Notes: generated by a model not told the origin, from the sequence alone. A DNA stretch of 64,000 nt from a virus (IMGVR_UViG_3300042401_002002), one strand, 5' to 3'; counted from the stretch's first letter, positions 47,186-57,384 are shown. Numbers and translations: made by a program.

Positions 47186-47398
47186 CTAGTTTCTATACTT
47201 ACCAATTATATAACCTATACTCTCAATAGTTAATTGAGTATCTTTGCTAAAATTTTCAACTGAATTAACAGTGCCTTGATAATTATTAACAAAATTGTTA
47301 TACAACTCTTTTAATTCAGTTTCTTTAACAAAATGTACAATAGTATTTACATTATTGATATTTTTCTCTAGTTGGAAAATTGGCTCTACATTTTTCAT
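47186..47398 (-). CDS. Hypothetical small protein
   Basis: 70-aa ORF. Confidence 0.4.
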   Translation of the reverse strand: MKNVEPIFQLEKNINNVNTIVHFVKETELKELYNNFVNNYQGTVNSVENFSKDTQLTIESIGYIIGKYRN

Positions 47399-47635
47399 AA
47401 TCTTGGTTATTTAATTGGTATATGGGTTTATTCGCAAAAACCTACATAAAGGTTACAGTATAAACAACTTATTTTTGTTAATATTGGAAAGTTTATATAA
47501 AAACAACTAAATTAGTTCAATTATCTTTATAAAGTACAATTCAAATACTATAATCATTATTAATTGTATTATATAAAGAAGTTTAAACAAATATTGGTTA
47601 TTTTATATGAATATTCCGTTATTTTTAAAATTAAT

Positions 47636-47670
47636 GTAACCTTATTAGTTTAAATACGATATAAATACCA
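47636..47670 (+). promoter_or_regulatory. Class-B promoter/5'UTR module on the plus strand (gtaaccttattagTTTAAATACGATATAAATACC-ATG)
   Basis: Same module as the minus-strand copy at 49739..49773. Confidence 0.45.
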
Positions 47671-47712
47671 TGAAACAAATAAAACGGTTTATTTGTTAAA
47701 CTAAACAAGACT

Positions 47713-48174
47713 ATGCAAGCTATTAAAACTCAAATCGAATTAATTTTAAATAACAAATTACCTAACTTCGCTATCAAGGTAATTGAAAGAAAAAACTTTA
47801 TTGGTAATGGTACATACTTAGCAATTTTAATTGCATCTACTATGGATAAAACTATTCATAATGTAGATAACCAATATCCAGATTTTTGTAGTTTAAGATT
47901 AGATAATGATTTAACTTTAGAAACTCAACACTATGGTGGTTTTGGTGGTGGTTCACTATATAGAAATATTGACAAAAACAACCCCGATGAAAAATATCTG
48001 GCAATGAAAAGTGTTAAAATACCATTTAGAAAACCCCAACAAACTGAAAAGGCTGTACTTAATGCAATTTCTAAATTTGCTGATAACTATCTTAAAACCC
48101 TTAAAGAAATACAAGCAATGGGTTTATTAAGATATACTGATTTAGTTGATTATTCTAAATTGTTAAACTCTTAA
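47713..48174 (+). CDS. Hypothetical protein
   Basis: 153-aa ORF. Confidence 0.5.
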   Translation: MQAIKTQIELILNNKLPNFAIKVIERKNFIGNGTYLAILIASTMDKTIHNVDNQYPDFCSLRLDNDLTLETQHYGGFGGGSLYRNIDKNNPDEKYLAMKSVKIPFRKPQQTEKAVLNAISKFADNYLKTLKEIQAMGLLRYTDLVDYSKLLNS

Positions 48175-48316
48175 TACTATAAACAACTTACTAAATGATT
48201 TATTTGTTTAGTAAGTTGTTTCTTATTCTACTATAAGTATATGAAAACAATAAACCAAGTTAAAGTTATTAAAGTAAGTAAAGCAAAATTTATGGTTTTG
48301 TCTGAACAAATTAACT

Positions 48317-48562
48317 ATGCAAACAAAAGACTATAATCTTATCTTTGATAATAAACTATTGTCAATATTCAAACATAATATATTAACTATTTTATTTGAT
48401 AGATTTAAAAAGTATTCAAATAATAGTAATATTAATTCTATTAAATTAATTGATAAGGGTTGTATTATTAATGATAAAAATAAATTGGTTTCTTTACATA
48501 ATATAATAATCAATGAACATTATATTTTTGTTGTTACTGATATGTCAATAGTAACAATATAA
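48317..48562 (+). CDS. Hypothetical protein; inverted paralog of 46499..46765
   Basis: See 46499..46765. Confidence 0.5.
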   Translation: MQTKDYNLIFDNKLLSIFKHNILTILFDRFKKYSNNSNINSIKLIDKGCIINDKNKLVSLHNIIINEHYIFVVTDMSIVTI

Positions 48563-49030
48563 CAAAACAATCTTTATAAACAATGTCAAATAGTAACTTT
48601 ATAAACAATGTAATAAAAGATTGTTTTTGTGCCGGTTTAGATAGCTACAAGCGATTATTATTGTTAAGTAATACAAAGTATCAAACAATGTATTAAAGTC
48701 GCTTAAAACTCATTAAAACAAACATTATAAAACAATGTCAATAAACAATCTTATATACTAATAATGTATAAAATAAAAACAATCTTTTTTAACAATCTTA
48801 TATACTAATAATGTTTAAAAACAATGTATAAAAATATATTTGTAATACAAAACTTATTTTATTGGTTTGCGTACAATGTAGCATGAACGCTAACAAGCTA
48901 GTAAGAGGACTGAAAAAAAGTTAACCGAACAAAGCGATTGTCATAGAACTAACTAAACTAAAAAAAACAATGTTATAATACAAAAAACCCAACAATGTAT
49001 AAAACAAAGTTGGGTTTATAAAGATTGTTA
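48563..49030. repeat. Right arm of the large inverted repeat with AACAATGTATA iterons
   Basis: See 45961..46500. Confidence 0.6.
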
Positions 49031-49258
49031 AATTTTAATTAATGCTACATTTTTAAAAGCATTACCAAAAATTTCAGTTACTTGTTTATAACCTTCATTT
49101 AAACTATTTGTATTAATTATAATTTCTAAATTAATACCGTTACTATATAATTGGTATTGATACATATTGTTATTATTTAAACACTTGATAAAATTCTTTT
49201 GTATTATGATTTTCAAAAACCCTAAACGAAAATGAAATAGGGCTTTCATATATTTCAC
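49028..49258 (-). CDS. Hypothetical small protein
   Basis: 76-aa ORF. Confidence 0.4.
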   Translation of the reverse strand: MKYMKALFHFRLGFLKIIIQKNFIKCLNNNNMYQYQLYSNGINLEIIINTNSLNEGYKQVTEIFGNAFKNVALIKI

Positions 49259-49358
49259 TAATAACTAATTTATTCACATTATCATTAACTAACTCATTAT
49301 ATTTATTAGTTAATTCACTTACACTATTTAATGTTTCAATTTTCATAGTCTTTATTAT

Positions 49359-49694
49359 TTAAACTAATTCAGTTATTACATTTGCACCTACTATGGTACA
49401 TTTAAATTTAAGCGTAGCAAAATATTGGTTTACTTTATTTTCACAATATTCTTTATTTGTACTGAATTGTGAAATAATAAACAAACAACAATTTTTAGCA
49501 AAATTAAAATCATTATTCAATCTTAATTCTGTGTTATGTTTATCACTTCTTATTGAATCCTTTGAAACAACAAATCTACATTTATTAAATTCAAAAGTAG
49601 TCAAAGTAGTTGACCACTCAATAATCTCTAAATTATTAGGGTTTTTACTGTTTATCTTAATAAAATCACTAATTACTTTTGTTTGCGTTTTCAT
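49359..49694 (-). CDS. Hypothetical protein (preferred over the overlapping plus-strand ORF 49393..49728)
   Basis: A class-B promoter lies immediately upstream on the minus strand. Confidence 0.45.
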   Translation of the reverse strand: MKTQTKVISDFIKINSKNPNNLEIIEWSTTLTTFEFNKCRFVVSKDSIRSDKHNTELRLNNDFNFAKNCCLFIISQFSTNKEYCENKVNQYFATLKFKCTIVGANVITELV

Positions 49695-49738
49695 AGTCTT
49701 AAGTCTTTATTGGTTAAAACCGTTTTAACCATTTGCAT

Positions 49739-49773
49739 GGTATTTATATCGTAAAAACAATATAAAAGGTTAC
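49739..49773 (-). promoter_or_regulatory. Class-B promoter (minus strand: gtaaccttttatattgTTTTTACGATATAAATACC)
   Basis: Motif family. Confidence 0.5.
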
Positions 49774-49899
49774 ACTTTTAATAAACTATTTTTAAATTAT
49801 TTTTTAATGAGTTTTAAGCAACGCAAATAACAAAATAATATAAAGTATTCAGTTTGTTATTTGCGTTCAATGTAGTTAGTTAAACAGTATTAAACTTAG

Positions 49900-50157
49900 T
49901 TAGTTTCGTAAAGCAAGTTTTCTAATTTCATCATCAGACAAAGAAAACATTTTTTCACAACAAAACTCAATATTTTCAAACGTACAAACAACTCTGCAAT
50001 AATCTTTATTCTCTAGTTGTTTTTTGAAATAATAAAGATAAACATTAGGTTTCTTGGTTTGTTGTCGCATATAGCAATCAAAACCAAACAAATTAAGTTG
50101 ATTTAATTCAGACCATTTAGGAACTGAAACGGTTTTGTTATTTTGAGTAGTAAACAT
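49900..50157 (-). CDS. Hypothetical protein; duplicate of 46856..47113
   Basis: Near-identical paralog. Confidence 0.55.
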   Translation of the reverse strand: MFTTQNNKTVSVPKWSELNQLNLFGFDCYMRQQTKKPNVYLYYFKKQLENKDYCRVVCTFENIEFCCEKMFSLSDDEIRKLALRN

Positions 50158-50197
50158 AGGTAAGTTGTTTTAGTTGGTTAGTAATAAAACTAATAAT

Positions 50198-50548
50198 TTA
50201 TTTATTACCTACATAATGAGGTAAAAACACTGTTGAGTTTTCTAAAGTATATAAATCTTTTGTTAAACGTTCAATATCGTTTTTAGCGTTTTTAATTCTG
50301 TTTTGAAGTCTTTTAGCATTAATTTTGTCAATAGATACATTAACACCTTCCATTTCAGAACCAACAAAAACAGATTTTTTGCCACAAGATTTAAATGTTT
50401 TGTTAGATGCAATTTCTAACTCATTATAGGCTTTCAATAATAATTCCTTAACATAATCAATCGCACCTTGATTAGGATTTATTGTTGGGTTATTTTCAAC
50501 CGTTTCAACAGTATCAAATAATGAAGTATAATCGAAATTGTCTAACAT
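50198..50548 (-). CDS. Small early protein, hypothetical
   Basis: 116-aa ORF. Confidence 0.45.
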   Translation of the reverse strand: MLDNFDYTSLFDTVETVENNPTINPNQGAIDYVKELLLKAYNELEIASNKTFKSCGKKSVFVGSEMEGVNVSIDKINAKRLQNRIKNAKNDIERLTKDLYTLENSTVFLPHYVGNK

Positions 50549-50598
50549 AATCTTATTCTTTAAATATACATCTTTATACTCTTAAATTAGTAATAAGG

Positions 50599-50868
50599 TT
50601 ACACATTATAAGTAATATTTTCAAAATTTTTATTGTGCAATAAAAAACCTTTAGTTAGAAATTCAGTTTTATGTAGAATAAAACCTTTAGTTAGTTGTTT
50701 ACATTGCATAGCCGTTTCAATATTGGGGCAAATATCAGCATAGTATAATAACTCATTAGCAGGGTTTAATTCATTGCTACAATATAAAACAACCAAATAA
50801 TAATTTGATTGTATAACGTTATCAATTTGTTGTTTTGATAAGTTATTAAGTATGTTTGTTAATTCCAT
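50599..50868 (-). CDS. Small early protein; paralog of 51439..51681
   Basis: Shared NNLSK.QIDN..L...F....Y......P.NE...Y.D.CPNIETA.QCK. Confidence 0.5.
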   Translation of the reverse strand: MELTNILNNLSKQQIDNVIQSNYYLVVLYCSNELNPANELLYYADICPNIETAMQCKQLTKGFILHKTEFLTKGFLLHNKNFENITYNV

Positions 50869-50872
50869 ATAT

Positions 50873-51172
50873 TTAACTAAGAATTATTAATTTATTCATA
50901 GTTATTTTTCTATCTTTTTCATTTTTGAATGTACTTCTATCAAAATAGAAACTATAATCACCGTAAGAAAATTGTTTGTTATATTCGTTTTTAGTAACAA
51001 ATAAAGAAGCTTTTTCAAACATTAAACGCAACCAATAAGCTGTATTTTGATATTTTAAAATATATGAATCGTATCTATATTGAGTACCATCAGCAGCAGT
51101 AGAAATTGTACCAACTTTGATAGTACAATTTTTTTCTAAATTTTCTATTAATATTTCAACAGGATTTTTCAT
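50873..51172 (-). CDS. Small early protein, hypothetical
   Basis: 99-aa ORF. Confidence 0.45.
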   Translation of the reverse strand: MKNPVEILIENLEKNCTIKVGTISTAADGTQYRYDSYILKYQNTAYWLRLMFEKASLFVTKNEYNKQFSYGDYSFYFDRSTFKNEKDRKITMNKLIILS

Positions 51173-51438
51173 AATCTTATTTGTTTTAGTTGTTATATAG
51201 TCTTATTCGTAAAAACAAGTAATAAGGTTACACTATTAACAACTTATTTTTATTGATATTGGAAAGTTTATATAAAAACAAACTAAATAAGTTAATTTTG
51301 TTGGTATAATACAAAACTTATTTTTAGTTAGTAAGTATTAATCCACCTATAACAACAAAACCAATAAAGCTTATACAACTTATAAATAAAACAATAGCTA
51401 TAACTGTTAATAATAATTTTCTGAATAACATAACAAAC

Positions 51439-51681
51439 TTATTTATTAAGGTTTAAATTATAGTATGTTGTATAATCTTGTTTAGTTAATATATAGCCGT
51501 TGGTTTTTTCTTTACATTGTAAAGCAGTTTCAATATTCGGACAAACATCTAAATAAAACATCATTTCATTATTAGGAGTAAATAAGTTTGTTTGATATAT
51601 ACAACAAAACTCAAATTTTGATAATAGAAAATTATCAATTTGTGCCTTAGATAAGTTATTAATTAGGTTTTGAAATTCCAT
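51439..51681 (-). CDS. Small early protein; paralog of 50599..50868
   Basis: See 50599..50868. Confidence 0.5.
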   Translation of the reverse strand: MEFQNLINNLSKAQIDNFLLSKFEFCCIYQTNLFTPNNEMMFYLDVCPNIETALQCKEKTNGYILTKQDYTTYYNLNLNK

Positions 51682-51763
51682 AGTGTTTAATGAGTTTTAA
51701 GGAACTTAAATTAGTTAATCAATAGAATATACCAATTAACTAATTTAGTTCAATGTTGATATA

Positions 51764-52174
51764 CTAAACAAGTATTTTATACATATAATCAATTAATTCG
51801 GGTATTAACTTACCATTGATTTTATTTACCAAATCTTTGTCGATTATTAACCCTTTTAGTGGGTTTGTTGTATAGTGTGAACCTCCACGTCCAAAAACTT
51901 CAGCCGTTTCTTTAAGTGAATAAATTGTTTTAACAATTTCACAAAACTCATAAAGATTTTCTTCTTTAATTGTTAAGGTATCTCCAAAATGTTTTTTTAA
52001 ACCATTATACAAATCAGTTTCTTTCATTAAAGAATATAAATGATAATGAGTATTTTTGTTACCTATATAACCAAAACCCCAATTGCAATCAAAAGAAGGT
52101 ACAGATAAATAAATATTTTCTTCATTGTTTTTACCTAGTAAAAATTTAGAAGGGTATGAGTTTAATAATTTCAT
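51764..52174 (-). CDS. Hypothetical protein
   Basis: 136-aa ORF. Confidence 0.5.
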   Translation of the reverse strand: MKLLNSYPSKFLLGKNNEENIYLSVPSFDCNWGFGYIGNKNTHYHLYSLMKETDLYNGLKKHFGDTLTIKEENLYEFCEIVKTIYSLKETAEVFGRGGSHYTTNPLKGLIIDKDLVNKINGKLIPELIDYMYKILV

Positions 52175-52205
52175 AGTCTTAATAATTTAGTTGGTTAATT
52201 AATAT

Positions 52206-52240
52206 GTAACCTTATACTCTTAAAATCTTTATAAGGTTAC
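52206..52240 (-). promoter_or_regulatory. Class-B promoter, fully palindromic copy (GTAACCTTATActcttaaaatctttATAAGGTTAC)
   Basis: Motif family; the inverted-repeat halves are evident. Confidence 0.5.
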
Positions 52241-52259
52241 AATATTTAGATAAAACTTT

Positions 52260-52637
52260 TTAGTTATTACTAATTTGCATTAATAAAGCTAAATTCTGAA
52301 TATGTTTTGTAATGGCAAAAACAAAACTATCTAAGTCATTTGTATTGCCTTGAAATGTTTTATTTCTTTCCAAATCCATATATACTAAACTATTTTCAGA
52401 AATAGTATATGAACCAGCACGTTTAGTACCTAACAAACATTTGACTGTATTAATAGTACCATTATTATCAGCATTACTAATAGCCATTTTAACAGTCCTA
52501 AATTGAACTTGTTTATTAAATATTAAAGAAGACAAATTACATTTTAAAGCATTGTCTATTTCAGTAATAAAATCTATTTCAGTTTTCATAATCTTAAAAT
52601 TTAAATTGCTTACAAAGGATAATACGTATCTAAACAA
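52260..52637 (-). CDS. Hypothetical protein
   Basis: 125-aa ORF. Confidence 0.5.
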   Translation of the reverse strand: MFRYVLSFVSNLNFKIMKTEIDFITEIDNALKCNLSSLIFNKQVQFRTVKMAISNADNNGTINTVKCLLGTKRAGSYTISENSLVYMDLERNKTFQGNTNDLDSFVFAITKHIQNLALLMQISNN

Positions 52638-52670
52638 ATTAATGTTTCATTTAGATACGTATTATTTTTA
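52621..52670. terminator. Long hairpin aatacgtatctaaa..tttagatacgtatt with a flanking T-run
   Basis: 14-bp perfect stem. Confidence 0.5.
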
Positions 52671-53046
52671 TATTTTTTCAAATAATCTTTTTAGATTAAT
52701 TAAACTTACAATTTCTTTTGAACCTGTGTTTACATTACACAAAATAACTTCATTTGAGTTATTATTCATATCAGTAAAATTTTTGTAAATACCTTTGTAC
52801 TCAAAAATTTGTCCACTTGTTTTATGCTTATACATAATCTTGTTAGTTTAGTTGTTTAACTTACAGTCTTATACTGAATATGTTTTATTAAGGTTACAGT
52901 AAATCGAATAAACTTTTTAATTATTTTTGTCAAACCAAATAAAATTTTGCAAAAACACAAAATAACATTTATTTCTCTATTAGAGAAATTTTAAAATAAC
53001 CAAATATTATTTTGTGTTTTGGTTGTTTTGCAAAATCTTTATTATT

Positions 53047-53262
53047 CTAATAAACAAAATTAGGATAATTCTTTTTAAGAAATTTGTTTAAACTGTTTTC
53101 AGTCCTAAATCCTTTGTTTGGTTTTTGTCTATCTTGCCAAGCATTTTGAAACTCAAATTCTTTTACAATAGCAATAAAACCACCTTTGAATACTTTGCCA
53201 TTATCAGCGATTAATAATGTATTATCAGTCAATACATTTTCTCTTAATATATAAGTTTGCAT
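53047..53262 (-). CDS. Small early protein, hypothetical
   Basis: 71-aa ORF. Confidence 0.45.
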   Translation of the reverse strand: MQTYILRENVLTDNTLLIADNGKVFKGGFIAIVKEFEFQNAWQDRQKPNKGFRTENSLNKFLKKNYPNFVY

Positions 53263-53488
53263 AATCTTTATTGTTTTGTTGTTGAACTTAGTACCTTATA
53301 CTCTTAAATTAATAATAAGGTTACAAAATAAACAATATATTTTTAAATTATTATTTTAATACGTTTTATCAAATCTAGTCTTAACAAAACAAGTATTATA
53401 TTTTGCTTGTTTAGATTGTTTACTATGTTTTAATAATTTTTGTATATAACTTTTTTCACTTATACAATTTTTTCTTAATGTTTGCATA

Positions 53489-53701
53489 TTAATTCAATGT
53501 TTTAAGAATTTCATAATATTTAGGACTAAAATTGTTTTCACTTAAAAAGAAAAAAAATTTTAGTTTTTGTTTACTCGATAATTTAACAAACAATTCTTTT
53601 GCTTGTTGTTTATTGTCATTGATTATACTATCAATTATATAATCAAAATATTCAGTTATGTTTTGAAAGTCTAAAGACTTAATTAATTTTTGAGATACCA
53701 T
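53489..53701 (-). CDS. Small early protein, hypothetical
   Basis: 70-aa ORF. Confidence 0.45.
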   Translation of the reverse strand: MVSQKLIKSLDFQNITEYFDYIIDSIINDNKQQAKELFVKLSSKQKLKFFFFLSENNFSPKYYEILKTLN

Positions 53702-54291
53702 AATCTTTTTAGTTTAGTTATATGTATTGTAACGTGATTGTGTTAATAAGGTTGTTTAAATCCGTTGGTTTTTTGAAAAATTTTGAAAAATTTAGTTAGT
53801 TTTTTCATTTGTGGGGGTTACAAACCAACAAATCTAGTTTAACTCATTAATAATCAAACAAATAACCTATTTTTATATTTCAATTAACACTATAAAGTTT
53901 TAATCAAACAAAACTAACTAATATTATATACTGTTAATTAAATTTTATCTTAACAATACAAACAACTTAATTTGTTTATATTAGAATTAATATAGTTTTA
54001 TACAATAAACTTACTTTTGTTTTTAATTTAACTCATTAATAATCAATATTTTGCCAAAATAGAAACCTACATTTATAAGGGAACATTAAACAAACAATAC
54101 AAAGTATTAATTTATTTTAATAACTAAACAATTAATTTAGTTATCTATATAAAACCAAACAAACTAATTTTAGTCTTTAATAGATAAAACAAACATAGTT
54201 CTATACTGTACAATGTTTAACATTTCAGAAATAAACAAACTTAATACTTTGTATTGTTTTAAGCATTAAGTATGTTACAAGTGTTTACTAA

Positions 54292-55032
54292 CTACAATCC
54301 ATTAATTAATTCATTTAGTTTATTTAAGTTGTAAGCTACTTTATTAGTTAGTAAATCATTGCTAAATAATATTTGATTATCTTTGTTATTTTCAAACAAA
54401 GGTATTAAACTAATTGTTTGTATTAGTTCTTTTTTTGTTGGTAATTTGTTTACATATATGTTAATTCCTTTTTGTTTTGTATCTGTTAATGTTTTGTCAA
54501 TTGCATCAAAAGTTCCACCATTAAACCCGAAAATATTAATAATATAAATTGAGTTGTAAGGTTCTTTTTTAATAGTTATACCTTCTTTTAAATTGTTTGA
54601 GTATTTTCTTTCAGTACCTACAATTAATTGTGCATTAACATTTAAATTTAATGTATTATCATAATACTCATTAATAACATTAAAGCAAAAACTATATTTA
54701 TCTTTAAACTCATTATTTTGTTTATTATAGAATAATATAGTTTTATCTTTTTTAGTGGCATTAAAGTAGTCTAGTAACAAAGTATAGCCACCTAAATACA
54801 TTAAAGCCTTAATAGAAAACAAAGGGTTAAGATTGTTTTGTTTTGTATAGTTAATTAAACTATTATTTGTTTTAAATTTAGATTCTAAAACGTAGCTAAT
54901 AACTAAATCACTATATTTATTAAAGTTATTAATGTTAGTTATTAACTCATTGAATATAGATTCAATATCTAATGTATTAACAAATGTATTAACATTATTA
55001 ATACCTTTTATTTTTGCTTGTTTGATTGTCAT
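54292..55032 (-). CDS. Hypothetical protein
   Basis: 246-aa ORF. Confidence 0.5.
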   Translation of the reverse strand: MTIKQAKIKGINNVNTFVNTLDIESIFNELITNINNFNKYSDLVISYVLESKFKTNNSLINYTKQNNLNPLFSIKALMYLGGYTLLLDYFNATKKDKTILFYNKQNNEFKDKYSFCFNVINEYYDNTLNLNVNAQLIVGTERKYSNNLKEGITIKKEPYNSIYIINIFGFNGGTFDAIDKTLTDTKQKGINIYVNKLPTKKELIQTISLIPLFENNKDNQILFSNDLLTNKVAYNLNKLNELINGL

Positions 55033-55041
55033 AATTAGCTA

Positions 55042-55443
55042 TTATTTAATTAATCTAATTTTATCACTTACAATAGAAACATCGTATAAATTATTAATGC
55101 TATCAATATGTTTTTTAGCATTATATTTATTTGTTTTTGTAATTACGTATTCTATTGTTTGAATATCACAAATATCTATTTTAGCATTTACTTTTTTGGT
55201 TTTGAATAAACCTTTGTAACCTAATTTATTTAATTGTGTTACTACTTTTTGAGTAGTATAAAACGTTTGTGTTTTATTATGATTAACAAAAGAAATTTGT
55301 ATAATTTGTAAAGTATTCAAACTATTGAAATACTTGTTTGTATCTTTGTTAATTTCTTTTTGTGTTTCATTCCATTCCTTATTGGTTAACGGTTTAAAAC
55401 GGTTACTTAAAATATTAACAAGTGTGTTATTCAAAGTTTTCAT
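55042..55443 (-). CDS. Hypothetical protein
   Basis: 133-aa ORF. Confidence 0.5.
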   Translation of the reverse strand: MKTLNNTLVNILSNRFKPLTNKEWNETQKEINKDTNKYFNSLNTLQIIQISFVNHNKTQTFYTTQKVVTQLNKLGYKGLFKTKKVNAKIDICDIQTIEYVITKTNKYNAKKHIDSINNLYDVSIVSDKIRLIK

Positions 55444-55479
55444 AATCTTAGAAATTTGCTTTATTGTGCAAACTTAATA

Positions 55480-55510
55480 CTTATACTCTTAAAGTTATTA
55501 AAAGGTTACA
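55480..55510 (-). promoter_or_regulatory. Class-B promoter (minus: tgtaaccttttaataacTTTAAGAGTATAAG)
   Basis: Motif family. Confidence 0.5.
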
Positions 55511-55550
55511 TACTATTGAAACTATTTTTAAAATATTTTTTTTGTTTATA

Positions 55551-56018
55551 TTAGTTCCACAAATTACTTACTAAGTGTTTAAGTTCCATTAATGGTGTAA
55601 TTAATAAAAAATTATATGTATTATCATATTCAGTATTATACATTACTTTTAGATAATCTTTGAATATAGGCTCAAATAATTCCATTGTACCTAAACATCT
55701 TGGATTCATATAATCACAATTAATAAAAACGTGTGTATTACTATATTGTTTATTGATTTTATTTAATTCGATATATAGTAATTCCATTGATTTGAACGGT
55801 TTATATTTGTGTATATAAACCGTGTTACCGTTTTCATAGTAATAACTTAAGAGTTCAATTTTTTGTTTTTTACCTAAACCTATTGTAAGTATTTTATTGA
55901 AAATAATATTTTCAATTTTGTTATTATCTAAATATTGATTAAAATATTCAGTTTTTAACATATAGATTTGTTTCGGTTTTATTTCTAAAAACAACATTGA
56001 TTTGAATATTTTTATCAA
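55551..56018 (-). CDS. Hypothetical protein (true start possibly the internal MLKTEYF at 55961; an alternative 47-aa ORF 55948..56091 reads in another frame)
   Basis: ORF track plus downstream promoter position. Confidence 0.4.
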   Translation of the reverse strand: MIKIFKSMLFLEIKPKQIYMLKTEYFNQYLDNNKIENIIFNKILTIGLGKKQKIELLSYYYENGNTVYIHKYKPFKSMELLYIELNKINKQYSNTHVFINCDYMNPRCLGTMELFEPIFKDYLKVMYNTEYDNTYNFLLITPLMELKHLVSNLWN

Positions 56019-56168
56019 TGTTTAGTTTTTCCTTGCAGTATTCGACAAAGTGTTTAACCTCATTGTTTAGAATATCTTTATAGCTTTGCATAATCTTGGT
56101 AGTTTAAATATACAGTCTTTTACGCTTACTTTTTAATTAAGTTTCATAAAAGACTGTAATTTTTTAAA

Positions 56169-56831
56169 TTATTTTAACAATGTACCTTTTTTGGGTTTTT
56201 CTTTTTTGTTTATATATGTTTTTGTTGGTTTAAAGTTTTTTAAGATTATTTCTTCATTAACCTTTGAAGTTAATATAAAATTAATTGTTTCTTTTTGTAG
56301 TGGAGTTAAATCCTTTGTTAGTTGGTTTTTATAATAATCTTTGTTTAAATTCGATTCTAACAAACCCAAAACAGTTATATAGTATTCTGCTAGTATAAAA
56401 CTGTTTTCATCTTTGTAAGTGTTATAATAAACAACTTCATTACCAAATTTAAAACATTCGTGTGTATCTTTGATAAGTTTTTTTACTTTGTCAACTGTTA
56501 ACAATGTAGCATTTTTGGTATTATCTGTTTTATGTGATTCTAATATATAATTTATATAAGTTTCACTAATATGTTTGGGTACTTCATTGTAATTTAAAAT
56601 TTCTAAATCTTTTTTATATAAATTACTATGTGTATGCAACTTTGCTACATTGTCATTATCTGATTTAAACAATGTACTAATGTGATATTCAGTACCTAAA
56701 TTATTACCATTATTAGGTACAATTTTGATAACATAACCAATGCCTGTGGGTATGTATTTACAAGCTACAAAATCATTTAGTTTGATTTTATTTCTTTTGT
56801 TATTCCAAACTGTAAAGTTAATAGTACTCAT
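56169..56831 (-). CDS. Hypothetical protein
   Basis: 220-aa ORF. Confidence 0.5.
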   Translation of the reverse strand: MSTINFTVWNNKRNKIKLNDFVACKYIPTGIGYVIKIVPNNGNNLGTEYHISTLFKSDNDNVAKLHTHSNLYKKDLEILNYNEVPKHISETYINYILESHKTDNTKNATLLTVDKVKKLIKDTHECFKFGNEVVYYNTYKDENSFILAEYYITVLGLLESNLNKDYYKNQLTKDLTPLQKETINFILTSKVNEEIILKNFKPTKTYINKKEKPKKGTLLK

Positions 56832-56904
56832 AATCTTGGTTATTTTAGTTAGTTACTTAATGAATATACGGTTTATACGTTCACTTTTTAAAAAGGTTGT
56901 GTTT

Positions 56905-57384
56905 TTATTTATGTTTTAATACAATTTTATTATGTAGATTATCTACTATAAAATTATTATTTGCATTATCAATTCTAATTGTATATCTATCAAAATCATT
57001 ATAAGATAAACTATATAAACTAAGTTTATATTTAAAGTTTATTTTATATTTTTCTAAGTAATTTTTAATACTATCAAAATGTGTTTGATTTAATCTAATT
57101 GTTATTATGTTATTTTTAATTTCTAAGGTAGAAATTTTAGCAAACAAATTACAACCAAACTTTGTTTTATTGAGTTCACTAAATGTAAAATCAATATTAA
57201 GAGTAATTTGTTCCTTTGCTTGTTTCTTTAAGTATGTTTGATATTTTTTGTTACAAATATCACTTACAAAACAAGTATTATCATATTGTTTTATTATTTC
57301 ATTTTCTGAAATAATTTCAGTATTAAAATCTGTTAAGGTTTTAATCTTACCTTTGTTTGTGGTGGTGTTAACAAACTTTTGCAT
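56905..57384 (-). CDS. Hypothetical protein
   Basis: 159-aa ORF. Confidence 0.5.
   Translation of the reverse strand: MQKFVNTTTNKGKIKTLTDFNTEIISENEIIKQYDNTCFVSDICNKKYQTYLKKQAKEQITLNIDFTFSELNKTKFGCNLFAKISTLEIKNNIITIRLNQTHFDSIKNYLEKYKINFKYKLSLYSLSYNDFDRYTIRIDNANNNFIVDNLHNKIVLKHK

Noticed and set aside
45961-49030. Prophage ends or terminal repeats of the phage genome
   Set aside because: The long repeats are inverted, not direct, and lie internally between ordinary genes. No integrase or tRNA is adjacent.
49393-49728. Plus-strand ORF 49393..49728
   Set aside because: The overlapping minus-strand ORF has the class-B promoter directly upstream and fits the uniform minus-strand organisation.
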